From Microgenomates group bacterium (GTDB lineage Bacteria > Patescibacteriota > Microgenomatia > UBA1400 > MFAQ01): a DNA stretch of 64,000 bases. Under the pieces are notes generated by a model that worked only from the letters and a program-made list of their open reading frames with translations, was not told the DNA's origin and made no database searches. Positions 35,039 to 44,969 of this stretch are shown piece after piece. Location of the stretch: assembly GCA_049303575.1 (NCBI GenBank), contig JBAQNH010000002.1, forward strand, positions 11,264-75,263. The letters are read 5' to 3'. How positions within the stretch are numbered: position 1 is the stretch's first letter; each line of letters begins with the position of its first letter. Both the position numbers and the translations under genes were made by a program.

Positions 35039-36952
35039 TCACATTTCTCTCACTATCTCCGTAACCGTCTTCCCCTCCTTTAAGCCCCTTTCAAGGGCGG
35101 GCCATAGTTTGTTGACGATCACCATCTTTGGCTTTTTTACCTTCGTTTTATCCAAAACTCCTAGCTCCAGTAGTTGCCTCACAGAATACAAATCAAAACC
35201 ATTCACGTATAGTACTTCCTCCACCCCCTCTTTTTTCAATCTCTCGGTCACTCTACTCTGCTCCAAATACTTCAATTGATCAGAGGTAGTAATCTTTCCG
35301 GAATCATCATCAAGGGGAGTATGTTCTCTAAAAAGTCTCATTGCCCTATCATAGGCATAATTAAATATTTGCTCGAAAGTTTCCCTATCTTCAAACATTT
35401 TTTCTCTGCCCACCCCTAATCTTTTTGCCCTCATCTCCGCAATCAAACCCAAGCAATCTCTAAATGTCCCGCCGTTTTTCTTCAGTTCTAAGCTTCGAAA
35501 ATATATACTCTCTGGCCTTTTTTCCTTCCCCGTCATCCATTTCCATGTTATGTCCTCTACATTTTTTGCTCCGGCTTCTTCCAATATTGAATCCCGTCCA
35601 CCTGCCGAGTATTTTTTCATGATGTTTAGTTTTAAATTCAATGCTTCCGTATTTTCGTGACTCAGGGCATGTCCTTCTATCTCATGAGAAATCACTGACA
35701 AAAACTCCATTATTCCACGATCGGAATCATTTGGAATAAAGACTTTTTTCGAATTTGAATTAACACTCATTGTTCCAACACTGGATTTTCTTTTTATAAC
35801 TTTCCAATCTTTTTCATATCCATATTCCTTCAATATCCAGTTTGCTACAAGCATTTGCTCATCACTGTTTATTCTATATTCCTCGCTTTCCCCTTCCTTG
35901 TCGCTCTCAATCTCAATCACCGTTTTCCTCATCCAATCGGTCATGATGTTTCTGTTTCCTGACTCGTCAAAACTTTCGTCAACACCGTAAATAAACTTGT
36001 CAACTCCCTCGGCCTGCCTGTTGTTTGTTTTGAAGATCTCCTTTCCTTCTGCCCCCGCCGCATTCCACAATAGTAAGTCATCGGCAATCTGCCAGTTAGT
36101 ATATTTTCGATAAATATCTAAGACAATCACTTTCGCTCTATCAATCTTTTCTTCGCTTTCACCCAATCTCAATTCTTCATTCTTTATTTTTTGTTTAAAC
36201 TCCTTTAGTTTTTCCAGTCTTACTTTGTTTTTATCGGGAGCAACCAGTCTGCAAATTGCCCTTTGATTTTCCACCTTGGCTACATCACCTAGACTTTTTC
36301 GATACTGTTCTTTTACCGTTTCTCTTGCCCATAATGAACTATAGTCATGAATGTTTCTCCTCCATCGGTAAGGAATCGCCTTCAAATCCAGTTCTGAAAA
36401 AATATCAATCACTTCCTCCGCAGAAACCCTCGACTCAACTTTAGCCACCGATCTTTTAATTTCTACCTCTTCCCCGGTTTTTTCTCTAACTACCTCTGCA
36501 AACCTCTTAAAATGTACTCCCTCTTCATCTTCCCTCTTTTCTCGACCGAATATATCTTGAAACACCGCCTCGTAAACATCCGCCAGTAAATCTTTATCCT
36601 CCGCATCTAAACCACACCTCGCCATTTCCTGTTTTGTCCAGTCCCTCAGTTCCCTCCCCCCTTTATAGATCACTTCCACGATCCTCTGTCCCTCATCGTT
36701 CATCAATGCTCCTACATATACTTCGTGAGTGTCTTTATCAATTTGTTTTATTTCCTTTAGCTCGTCAAATAAACCTGATTCAAAATCCAACAAAACTTTT
36801 TTCTCTTCTTCCGAAAGATCAAGTCTTTTTTCAACTTTAAATACCCCTTCTTTTTCCACAAACACCGACGGCCTCAATGGGTAAGGGAAAGTTGGTCCAC
36901 TTTCAAATTGATATGGCATTTTAATTAAATGGTTGGAGTTTTTTCCTCCCAT
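35039..36952 (-). CDS. Large hypothetical cytoplasmic protein with a single HExxH (HEIEGH) zinc-metallopeptidase-like motif
   Basis: 637 aa, highly charged (Glu/Lys-rich), no TM; ..FLSVISHEIEGHALSHEN.. at residue ~430. Confidence 0.4.
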   Translation of the reverse strand: MGGKNSNHLIKMPYQFESGPTFPYPLRPSVFVEKEGVFKVEKRLDLSEEEKKVLLDFESGLFDELKEIKQIDKDTHEVYVGALMNDEGQRIVEVIYKGGRELRDWTKQEMARCGLDAEDKDLLADVYEAVFQDIFGREKREDEEGVHFKRFAEVVREKTGEEVEIKRSVAKVESRVSAEEVIDIFSELDLKAIPYRWRRNIHDYSSLWARETVKEQYRKSLGDVAKVENQRAICRLVAPDKNKVRLEKLKEFKQKIKNEELRLGESEEKIDRAKVIVLDIYRKYTNWQIADDLLLWNAAGAEGKEIFKTNNRQAEGVDKFIYGVDESFDESGNRNIMTDWMRKTVIEIESDKEGESEEYRINSDEQMLVANWILKEYGYEKDWKVIKRKSSVGTMSVNSNSKKVFIPNDSDRGIMEFLSVISHEIEGHALSHENTEALNLKLNIMKKYSAGGRDSILEEAGAKNVEDITWKWMTGKEKRPESIYFRSLELKKNGGTFRDCLGLIAEMRAKRLGVGREKMFEDRETFEQIFNYAYDRAMRLFREHTPLDDDSGKITTSDQLKYLEQSRVTERLKKEGVEEVLYVNGFDLYSVRQLLELGVLDKTKVKKPKMVIVNKLWPALERGLKEGKTVTEIVREM

Positions 36953-37014
36953 TCCACATCTTCATTCTACTCTACAACTTTATATCTCAGACATTACAAA
37001 GCTAGACAATTAAT

Positions 37015-37284
37015 TTAGCCATTTTGGTATTCTTCGGCTATTGCCTTTTGCATTGCCCCCTTTTCCATTTTCATAACTTCCTCCGGAGTTTTGTTTTTGA
37101 TAGCATACTTATTCAAAGAGCCTCCAAGAGACGGTATGTCCCCAACAAGCTCAACCAGCCAACCAATTTCTACTACTCTGATTACAACCTTGGTGGGTTT
37201 CTTTATTTTATGCAATTTCAGCATCCTAGACGGAATACTAATCTGCCCCTGGCTAGTCAAACTAATCAACTGTGTCATAAGCAT
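37015..37284 (-). CDS. Small AbrB/MazE-like (swapped-hairpin) DNA-binding protein, no adjacent toxin
   Basis: 89 aa; ..TSQGQISIPSRMLKLHKIKKPTKVVI.. resembles SpoVT/AbrB domain. Confidence 0.35.
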   Translation of the reverse strand: MLMTQLISLTSQGQISIPSRMLKLHKIKKPTKVVIRVVEIGWLVELVGDIPSLGGSLNKYAIKNKTPEEVMKMEKGAMQKAIAEEYQNG

Positions 37285-37316
37285 TAATATAATGTATTTA
37301 CATAGTCAAGTTTCCA

Positions 37317-39083
37317 TTACAAAGATTTTTCTTCGATTTCCCTTATTACCCTATCTGCAAATTTATCAACCGTCATCGTCCCCAGATCATTCTGGCCTCG
37401 TTGACGAACAGAGACTTCTTTTGTTTCTGCTTCCTTTTCACCAATAATCAACATGTATGGCACTTTTGTCGACTCTGCATTGCGGATTTTCTTTCCGAGT
37501 GAATCAGCATCTCGGTTGAGCTCTACTCGAACTCCCTTTTCCAGGAGTTTCTTTAACACCTTCTCAGAGTACTCCATTGTCTTTTCGGAAATAGGCAATA
37601 TGCTCACCTGTACCGGAGACAACCAAATCGGGAATGCTCCTCCGAAATGTTCCAAAAGGATCATCATCATTCGCTCTGCCGAGCCGATTATGGCTCGGTG
37701 AAGCATTATTGGATGTTTTTGTGTTCCATCTTGGTCGGTATAAACCAGATTAAATCTCTCCGGCATCACATAATCAATTTGTACCGTTGAAAGCTGCCAC
37801 TCACGCCCAAGAGCATCGGTCGCTATGAGATCCATCTTTGGCGCATAGAAGGCCGCTTCTCCTGGTCCTTGAAAATACTCTATGTCATTTCTCTCCATAA
37901 TCACTTCCGCCCATTTCTCCACCTTATCCCAAACTTTTGGATCCCCCAAATACTTTTCCGGATGTTGAGGATCTCTGGTCGATAATCTGTATTTATACTT
38001 GAAACCAAAGGTTGCCATGATTTTTTTTGTCATCTGTAGTGCCATATCAATCTCTGCATCTACCTGATCTTCTCTACAGAAGATATGACAGTCATCTTGA
38101 GAAAAACCTCTTGTTCGAGCCAGTCCAGAAAGTTCTCCTGGTTTTTCATCACGATAAAGCATCGCAAAGTCTGTTAGACGAAGAGGCAAATCTCGATAGC
38201 TTCTCGCCTGCGCCGCAAAAATTTGTGTATGTTGTGGACAGTTCATTGGTTTGAGAAACATTTCCTCTTCTGAAAAGTTAGAAACCACTCTAAACATCGA
38301 GTCTTTGTACTTATCATAATGTCCCGATGTTTTAAATAGTTCTGCCTTTGCAATCTGTGGTGTCCACACTTGGGTATATCCCTCTTTGTACTGCATCTCT
38401 TCCACATAATCGTTTAACATTCTTCTTATAAACGATCCTTTAGCTGAGTAAAGTGGTAATCCACTTCCCACCAAGTCGGAGAAAGAAAATAAATCTAACT
38501 CTTTCCCGAGTTTCCGATGGTCGCGTTTTTTAGCTTCTTCCAAAAGTGTCACATATTTATCAAGTTCCTCTTGCGTTTCAAAAGCAGTGCCATAAATTCT
38601 CGTTAGCATTTTATTTTTTTCATCACCATGCCAATAAGCGCCAGCGATCGATAAAAGCTTAAACGCTTTCACTTCAATAGTTCTCGCCACATGAGGTCCA
38701 GCACAAACATCCACAAACGAACCGCCCTTACCAGGATCCCCCGTCCAGTAAACGGAAATTTCCTCCTTTTCGCTCTCCGCCTTATCAATCCATTCTTGTT
38801 TATAGGGATTATCCGCAAACATCTCCCGAGCTTTCTTTGCCGTCACAATCATTTTTTCAAAAGGTAAGTTACTCTGGACTATCTTTCTCATCTCCTTTTC
38901 TATTTTAGGAAAGTCTGTTTCGGCAATTTTAATACCGTTGGTTGTATCAAAGTCAAAATAAAATCCCGTCTCAATTGCTGGCCCCATGGCTTTAATAATC
39001 TGACCAGGCCAGATTCTCTCCATTGCCTGAGTTAGTATGTGTTCGGCACTGTGTCTCAGTGCATGCAGTTTTTGATCTTCCAT
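37317..39083 (-). CDS. thrS: Threonyl-tRNA synthetase (short form lacking N-terminal TGS/editing extension)
   Basis: 588 aa; ..LRHSAEHILTQAMERIWPG.. (second additional domain), class II core ..FRDLPLRLTDFAMLYRDE.., ..HRAIIGSAERMMMILLEHFGG.., C-terminal anticodon-binding domain. Confidence 0.85.
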   Translation of the reverse strand: MEDQKLHALRHSAEHILTQAMERIWPGQIIKAMGPAIETGFYFDFDTTNGIKIAETDFPKIEKEMRKIVQSNLPFEKMIVTAKKAREMFADNPYKQEWIDKAESEKEEISVYWTGDPGKGGSFVDVCAGPHVARTIEVKAFKLLSIAGAYWHGDEKNKMLTRIYGTAFETQEELDKYVTLLEEAKKRDHRKLGKELDLFSFSDLVGSGLPLYSAKGSFIRRMLNDYVEEMQYKEGYTQVWTPQIAKAELFKTSGHYDKYKDSMFRVVSNFSEEEMFLKPMNCPQHTQIFAAQARSYRDLPLRLTDFAMLYRDEKPGELSGLARTRGFSQDDCHIFCREDQVDAEIDMALQMTKKIMATFGFKYKYRLSTRDPQHPEKYLGDPKVWDKVEKWAEVIMERNDIEYFQGPGEAAFYAPKMDLIATDALGREWQLSTVQIDYVMPERFNLVYTDQDGTQKHPIMLHRAIIGSAERMMMILLEHFGGAFPIWLSPVQVSILPISEKTMEYSEKVLKKLLEKGVRVELNRDADSLGKKIRNAESTKVPYMLIIGEKEAETKEVSVRQRGQNDLGTMTVDKFADRVIREIEEKSL

Positions 39084-39269
39084 TTTTATAAATAGTTTGT
39101 TAACAAAAAAACTACCCTTCTTGCAAGAACCCTTTCGGGTGGTTCCATCTTGCTTGCTAGGTAGCCTCTTAATTCTAAGCGTTAGTGCTTACTCCTTGCT
39201 TTTCCCCGGTTGGTAATCGGATCACCAAAGCAATTCACTTATACCTAAAGTATATCACTCACGATGACT

Positions 39270-40163
39270 CTATTTATTACCGATTTCTTTTGAGTATAAA
39301 TCGGTTAAACCAGATAGAGCATTTTCAAAATTCGCACCCAAGTCCTTCAGTGTAGTTGCATCAACTTCTGCTCCATTATTTCCGGCCAATATGTAACCGT
39401 TTCCAATTCTTGGTTCACTTTCCTCTGTATCCCAATTCATAAAACAATTTTCAAAAAGACTTTCATTTACATAATGGACCTTAAACAAACTTTTGTAGAT
39501 TTTATTAATATCAACAATATTTTTTATCAAATGAGTTTCATTTTCTCCATGATACTTTACGTAACGATTGGGATCGGGAATTAATCCGAAAAGGTTTTTT
39601 ATAGACAATGATGCTCCATATGATGAATCTAGTTTAATTTTTGCAAAAGAAATTAAATCAGATCCACGCAAATCAAATAGTTTTTTTGGAATATACGAAT
39701 ATAAATCTTTTTCTAAGACAGGATTATATGTTTCCTCAACAATATTTTGTATCTTTGAAAAATCAGTTTCTTTTCCATTCCAAAGTTCATCCGTAATACA
39801 CAAATATTCAGCCCCATATTGTTTTAGTACCTCACCAATCCCTGTATAATCCAAGAACCATTTGTCCATCTTTCTAAAGAACTCGTGATGAACTTTCCCG
39901 GTTTCAAAAGTTGCTTCTCTGGAAGAAAAATAATCTTCTTTTGTCTCAAGTTTTTTATCTGTTCTCCAAAAAGTATAGCTTTCGATAAAGATTACTTTCT
40001 TTTTTATTGTTTGTAGTAAAAGCTCAATTGTTTTCGCATCAGTGAAGCCTCCTTTAAAAGCTGACACCCAATTAGGCTTAACTAACACGATATCACCCTG
40101 GATATTTAATCCACCAATCGCTTTTTCTATGTTATCTTTTGATAGAATTTCAAGATTGTCCAT
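39270..40163 (-). CDS. Hypothetical protein (297 aa), possibly DUF362-like
   Basis: ORF; N-terminal ..GDIVLVKPNWV.. resembles the KPN motif of DUF362 proteins; low certainty. Confidence 0.3.
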   Translation of the reverse strand: MDNLEILSKDNIEKAIGGLNIQGDIVLVKPNWVSAFKGGFTDAKTIELLLQTIKKKVIFIESYTFWRTDKKLETKEDYFSSREATFETGKVHHEFFRKMDKWFLDYTGIGEVLKQYGAEYLCITDELWNGKETDFSKIQNIVEETYNPVLEKDLYSYIPKKLFDLRGSDLISFAKIKLDSSYGASLSIKNLFGLIPDPNRYVKYHGENETHLIKNIVDINKIYKSLFKVHYVNESLFENCFMNWDTEESEPRIGNGYILAGNNGAEVDATTLKDLGANFENALSGLTDLYSKEIGNK

Positions 40164-40164
40164 T

Positions 40165-41658
40165 TTAGATTTCTTTTTTAATCCTTAGAGGAGGAAATAG
40201 CGTTCCCTCTCTAGCAGACACATCTTCCATAAACCAAAATACTCTCTCAGACATGCCAAATCCCGACGTTGGTGGCATACCATAGGAAAGCATTTCCACA
40301 AAATCCGTATCCATCATTTGTGACTCTTCATCCCCTTTTTCTCTTGCCTTTTCCTGTTCCTCAAATCTCTCTTTTTGATCAACTGGGTCATTAAGCTCTG
40401 AATATCCATTTCCCAGTTCCGAACCGGCAATAATGATATGAAATCTTTCTGTAATCTCCGGATTCTCCGCTTTACTCTTGGCCAGGGGTGACATGAACTT
40501 TGGTTCATTGATTAGGAAGGCTGGTCCGGCAATTGTTTTGCGGACTATTTTCCAACAATTATCAATCAATCGCGCCCTATTTATTTCTCCTGTCAGTTTC
40601 ACTCCGGCTTTTTTAATGGCTTCAATCATTTCCGCGTCCGTCGAGCCAACAATATCAACTCCAATTTTTTCCTTGATTACTTTTAGATAGTCAACTTCTT
40701 CCCAATCATCAGCCAAGTCATACTCCATACCACGGCTTACAAACTTTGTCTTTCCGTAGACTTCTTTAGCCAAATGTCGGTACAGTTCCCGAGTTAGTTG
40801 CATGTTATCTCGATAATCGGCATATGCCCAATACCATTCCAAAGAGTAATACTCCGGTAAATGTTCATCATCCATCCCTTCGTTGCGGAAGTTCGGTGCC
40901 AGTGTATAAATTTTTTCAAATCCGGCTCCAATCAGTCTCTTTTGATAAAGCTCGGTTGAAATGCGTAAATAGAAATCTTGATCAATGGCATTCATGTGGG
41001 TTACAAACGGTCGAGCATCGGCACCCCCGGTAACCGCTTCCAACACTGGTGTTTCCACTTCCATGAATCCCTTCGACGCCATAAATTTTCTGCACTCACT
41101 CCAGAACTTTGCTTTTCTCTCAAATCGCAGAATTTTTTCAGGGCTCATCAAAAGATCCAAATATCTCTTGCGAAAAGCTTCATCCGGATCAACAATTCCC
41201 GCCCATTTCTCAGGCAAGGGGAGTCTTGCTTTAGTCAATATCTTAATCTCGGAAACCTGAATTGACACTTCTCCGGTTCTGGTTTTCACCACTTCTCCGG
41301 TTGTCTGAATGATATCGCCAATATCCAACAAATCCAATTCTTCAAACCCCAGTGTTTGTTTGGCTTTATCAGCCTTGGCCACTGAGTCACTTCGAATAAA
41401 CAGTTGGATCTTACCGGACTGGTCTTGAATTTGACCAAAAATTAATTTGCCGTGTTCCCTCCAAGCCATAATTCTGCCAGCTAATGTCAGTGTCTTTCCC
41501 TCATACTTTTCAAAATTATCTACCACCTCTTTGTTGGATTTTTCTTTGACTGAGAGAGCAGGATACAAATCAATCCCCATCTTTTTCAGGGTCTCGATCT
41601 TCTTTTCTCGTTCTCTCAAAATTTCCTCAAGTCTGCTTGCCATAGTCCAATTATACAA
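40165..41658 (-). CDS. lysS: Lysyl-tRNA synthetase (class II)
   Basis: 497 aa; OB-fold N-domain, ..FRNEGMDDEHLPEYYSLEWYWAYADY.. motif 2, ..GMPPTSGFGMSERV.. motif 3. Confidence 0.85.
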   Translation of the reverse strand: MYNWTMASRLEEILREREKKIETLKKMGIDLYPALSVKEKSNKEVVDNFEKYEGKTLTLAGRIMAWREHGKLIFGQIQDQSGKIQLFIRSDSVAKADKAKQTLGFEELDLLDIGDIIQTTGEVVKTRTGEVSIQVSEIKILTKARLPLPEKWAGIVDPDEAFRKRYLDLLMSPEKILRFERKAKFWSECRKFMASKGFMEVETPVLEAVTGGADARPFVTHMNAIDQDFYLRISTELYQKRLIGAGFEKIYTLAPNFRNEGMDDEHLPEYYSLEWYWAYADYRDNMQLTRELYRHLAKEVYGKTKFVSRGMEYDLADDWEEVDYLKVIKEKIGVDIVGSTDAEMIEAIKKAGVKLTGEINRARLIDNCWKIVRKTIAGPAFLINEPKFMSPLAKSKAENPEITERFHIIIAGSELGNGYSELNDPVDQKERFEEQEKAREKGDEESQMMDTDFVEMLSYGMPPTSGFGMSERVFWFMEDVSAREGTLFPPLRIKKEI

Positions 41659-41666
41659 GGCTCACC

Positions 41667-43349
41667 CTACATCTTCTCCACTGTCTCTATTCCAATTATT
41701 TCCAAGCCTTTTTTAATTACTTCACCAGCCAACAATGTCAAAGACAAACGCAAGCTTTGATTTTCCACTCCGATTACTTTGTTTCTCTCATAAAATCCAT
41801 TAAACTTTTGTGCCGTCTCAAACAAATAAGCGCAAAGTTGTTGTGGTGCAAAGTTCTTCGCCGCCGACTCCACTATTTCTCCCTCCGCAAATCTAAGCAG
41901 CAACCATCTAGCCAAACTTCTCTCATCGTCATTGGCAAACTCTTTATTATCAGCAATCACTTTATCTATTTTTTCTCCAGACTTATTCAATATTCCTCTC
42001 GTCCTCACGTAGACATACTGCAGATATGGTGCGCTGTTACCTTCCATTGATAGAGCCTCATCCCATTTAAAGACATAGTCCATCCCCGGCGATCTTTTTA
42101 ACTCGTTATACTTCACTGCTCCCACCGACATCACGGTTTCACCTTCTGCTTTTTCTTCTGCTTTCGCAAGTAAATCTTCAAGTTTAATTGTGTTTCCTTT
42201 TCGGGTACTCATCTTACCTTCGGGCAAACTCAATAGTCCGTGTGCTACATGAACAAACTGCACATTTTTGGTTTCCTCAGGCCAAAGTTTAGTCGCCGTC
42301 ACAAATACTTGCTTCAAATGCAATCTTTGTTCCCCACCCACTTCATAAACAAATACTTCAGACTTCAAGATAGGATCGCTCAATCTTTTCTTAATTGTTG
42401 CTAGGTCACGGGTGAAATAAGTCGTTGACCCATCACTCTTCACTAACATTGCGGGGGGCATTTGTTCTTTTCCCCTCTCATCCAAAAATTCCACAATTAA
42501 TGCTCCTTCTTCACCAACTGAGGCAATCTTTTTATTTTTTGCCTCTTCAATTATCTCCGGCATCAATTTTTCATACCCGGACTCTCCCAAAACATGTTCA
42601 AAACTTACGTCCAATTTTTTGTAAATCTCGTTGAACTCCTTCATTGAAATATCCACCGACTTTTGCCAAATGTTTCTGGCTGACTCATCTCCTTTTTCCA
42701 GTCGGAGAAATGCTTCTTTTGCTTTGATTCTTAGCTCCGGATTTTCTTCCATCCGCTTATTAAAATCTACATAAATCTCTTCCAGTTTATTGATATCCGC
42801 ACTATTCCAATCAAAATTCTTATCTTCTTCAATTGCCGCAATTATCATCCCAAACTGAGTTCCCCAGTCACCTAAATGATTATCATTTATCACCTCTGCT
42901 CCACTATGTTTATACAAGTTAAAAATTGCCTGGCCGATTATGGTTGATCTTAAGTTTCCTACTGAAAATCTTTTAGCAATATTGGGCGATGAGTACTCTA
43001 CCAAGACTTTCTTTCCTTTCATAAAATCGCTGTCTCCCAGTTTTTCTTTCGCCGTCAAAGCTTCATCTATTTTTTTGATAAGCACTTCATCTCTAATCCA
43101 AAAATTTATAAACCCTGGTCCGGCTGGTTCAATCTTTTCAACCATCTCCCTTAACCTTTTATTTCCTTCCAATTTCCCCACCAAATCAACCGCCAATTCT
43201 TTTGGATTCCTTCCTAATTCTTTGGCTAATACCATTGCGATGTTAGTCGAAAAATCACCCATCTTTTCATCGGCCGGATGTTCCACGGCAAACTCTTTGC
43301 CCAAAGCAAACTCGGCAACTGCTTCTCTGATTATTTCGATTATTTTCAC
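41667..43349 (-). CDS. argS: Arginyl-tRNA synthetase
   Basis: 560 aa; N-terminal Arg_tRNA_synt_N-like ..IIREAVAEFALGKEFAVEHPADEKMGDFSTNIAMVLAK.., ..VEYSSPNIAKRFSVGNLRS.. (HIGH-equivalent), C-terminal DALR anticodon-binding domain. Confidence 0.85.
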   Translation of the reverse strand: MKIIEIIREAVAEFALGKEFAVEHPADEKMGDFSTNIAMVLAKELGRNPKELAVDLVGKLEGNKRLREMVEKIEPAGPGFINFWIRDEVLIKKIDEALTAKEKLGDSDFMKGKKVLVEYSSPNIAKRFSVGNLRSTIIGQAIFNLYKHSGAEVINDNHLGDWGTQFGMIIAAIEEDKNFDWNSADINKLEEIYVDFNKRMEENPELRIKAKEAFLRLEKGDESARNIWQKSVDISMKEFNEIYKKLDVSFEHVLGESGYEKLMPEIIEEAKNKKIASVGEEGALIVEFLDERGKEQMPPAMLVKSDGSTTYFTRDLATIKKRLSDPILKSEVFVYEVGGEQRLHLKQVFVTATKLWPEETKNVQFVHVAHGLLSLPEGKMSTRKGNTIKLEDLLAKAEEKAEGETVMSVGAVKYNELKRSPGMDYVFKWDEALSMEGNSAPYLQYVYVRTRGILNKSGEKIDKVIADNKEFANDDERSLARWLLLRFAEGEIVESAAKNFAPQQLCAYLFETAQKFNGFYERNKVIGVENQSLRLSLTLLAGEVIKKGLEIIGIETVEKM

Positions 43350-43356
43350 TTAAACC

Positions 43357-44337
43357 TTACTTTTTATCTGCTAAATATTTTTCCACGTCTAGTGCTGCCT
43401 GACATCCCATCCCGGCTGCCGTAACCGCTTGTCTATACCGGTAATCCACTACGTCTCCACAACCAAAAACTCCTTCAACAGAAGTCATTGTTGGGTAACC
43501 GTCAAGCCACATGTCTTTTTCACTCACCCTCCATTTTGTCGAAGACATCAAGGCCGTCATTGTGGTTTGTAAATAACCTTTCTCATTAAGCTCAAGTTTT
43601 TCCTCAAACAATTTTGTTGCTGGGACGTGACCAATAGCCACGAACAAACCATCGAGTTGGTGTTCAGTTATCTCCCCAGTCTTTACATTTTTCACTTTAA
43701 TTGAGGAAAGTTTTGGCTCTCCGGCTACTTCTATTACCTCACTATTCCATAACACTTTTACTTTGGGGTTAGAGAGAACTCTTTCCTGCATTATTTTACT
43801 GGCTCTAAATTCTTCTCTTCGGTGAACCACTGTTACTTCATCGGCAAACTTAACCAACGCTAAAGTGTCTTCCATTGCGGCGTCACCCCCACCAACTACA
43901 AATGTCTTTTTATTTTTAAAGAAAGCGGCATCACAAACAGCACAAGTACTTACACCCCTGCCCATATATTTTTCCTCACCGATTCCAATCATTTTTGAAG
44001 ATGCTCCCGTTGATACCACTACCGCTCTTGCTTCGTACATAGTCTCACCCACCCAGACCTTTTTAATTTTTCCCGCCAAATCCACTTTAGTTACCTCAGA
44101 ATACACTACTTCCGCCCCAAATCTTTTTGCCTGAGTTTCCATCTCCATCATCAAATCTGGTCCCATTATTCCTTTGGAAAATCCCGGAAAGTTTTCAACC
44201 TCTGTTGTAAAAATTAGTTGACCTCCCGGTTGTGCTCCCGCCAGAACCAAAACCGACAAGGTATCCCTACCCAAATAGATTGCACTCGTATAACCACTTG
44301 GTCCTCCGCCGATGACAATTACATCGTATTTTGTCAT
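43357..44337 (-). CDS. trxB: Thioredoxin reductase
   Basis: 326 aa; YDVIVIGGGPSGYTSAIY (FAD), redox-active CAVCDAAF, NADPH site ..FVVGGGDAAMEDTLAL... Confidence 0.85.
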   Translation of the reverse strand: MTKYDVIVIGGGPSGYTSAIYLGRDTLSVLVLAGAQPGGQLIFTTEVENFPGFSKGIMGPDLMMEMETQAKRFGAEVVYSEVTKVDLAGKIKKVWVGETMYEARAVVVSTGASSKMIGIGEEKYMGRGVSTCAVCDAAFFKNKKTFVVGGGDAAMEDTLALVKFADEVTVVHRREEFRASKIMQERVLSNPKVKVLWNSEVIEVAGEPKLSSIKVKNVKTGEITEHQLDGLFVAIGHVPATKLFEEKLELNEKGYLQTTMTALMSSTKWRVSEKDMWLDGYPTMTSVEGVFGCGDVVDYRYRQAVTAAGMGCQAALDVEKYLADKK

Positions 44338-44341
44338 ACTT

Positions 44342-44665
44342 TTACTTTATGGCTTGTTTAACCATTGTCTCGTAGACTTCTTTTCCGCCAAAACCCACCT
44401 GACGGGCGATTTCTTTTCCACCATCAAAAAGAACTACTGTCGGGATGCTCATTACCCCGTACTTACCGGCCACATTGGAGTTGGCATCCACATCTACTTT
44501 TCCTACAATCATCTTCCCTTCATAAACTTTTGCCAATTCCTCAATTACTGGAGCCACCATTCTGCATGGTCCGCACCAGTCTGCAAAAAAGTCGACCAAT
44601 ACCGGCTTTTCGGCCTTCAAAACCATCTCGTCAAAATTTGCGTCTGTAAAATGAATTAGTTCCAT
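44342..44665 (-). CDS. trxA: Thioredoxin
   Basis: 107 aa; WCGPC active site, typical length. Confidence 0.9.
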   Translation of the reverse strand: MELIHFTDANFDEMVLKAEKPVLVDFFADWCGPCRMVAPVIEELAKVYEGKMIVGKVDVDANSNVAGKYGVMSIPTVVLFDGGKEIARQVGFGGKEVYETMVKQAIK

Positions 44666-44693
44666 ATTTTTTTATTTATTTTATTAATAATTT

Positions 44694-44954
44694 TTAAAGA
44701 AACCTCTTTAATAATTTAGTATATTCTTCTTTTGAACAACTGGAAACTGCATCGGCTAAAAGAGCTTTGGCGACACTTTTAAGTGAGCTCATCGAAGCCA
44801 CTACCTGAGTCACTACCGCCTCGCAATCCTTATCATCACTCACCATTCTTTCAATTCCCCCCACCTGGCCCTGAATCCTTTTAAGCATCACTTGCAGTTT
44901 CTTTTTTTCTTCTATTGACATATACCCCCCATGGTATAGGAAAACATCACCCAA
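44694..44954 (-). CDS. CsoR/RcnR/FrmR-family metal- or formaldehyde-sensing transcriptional repressor
   Basis: 86 aa; ..LKRIQGQVGGIERMVSDDKDCEAVVTQVVASMSSL..AVSSC.. matches the family's helical bundle with conserved Cys/His ligands. Confidence 0.6.
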   Translation of the reverse strand: MGDVFLYHGGYMSIEEKKKLQVMLKRIQGQVGGIERMVSDDKDCEAVVTQVVASMSSLKSVAKALLADAVSSCSKEEYTKLLKRFL

Positions 44955-44969
44955 GTCAAATCGAGTTTC

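Noticed and set aside
39084-39269. Possible T-box riboswitch upstream of thrS
   Set aside because: No T-box consensus sequence or specifier-loop architecture recognisable; retained only as a generic structured leader.
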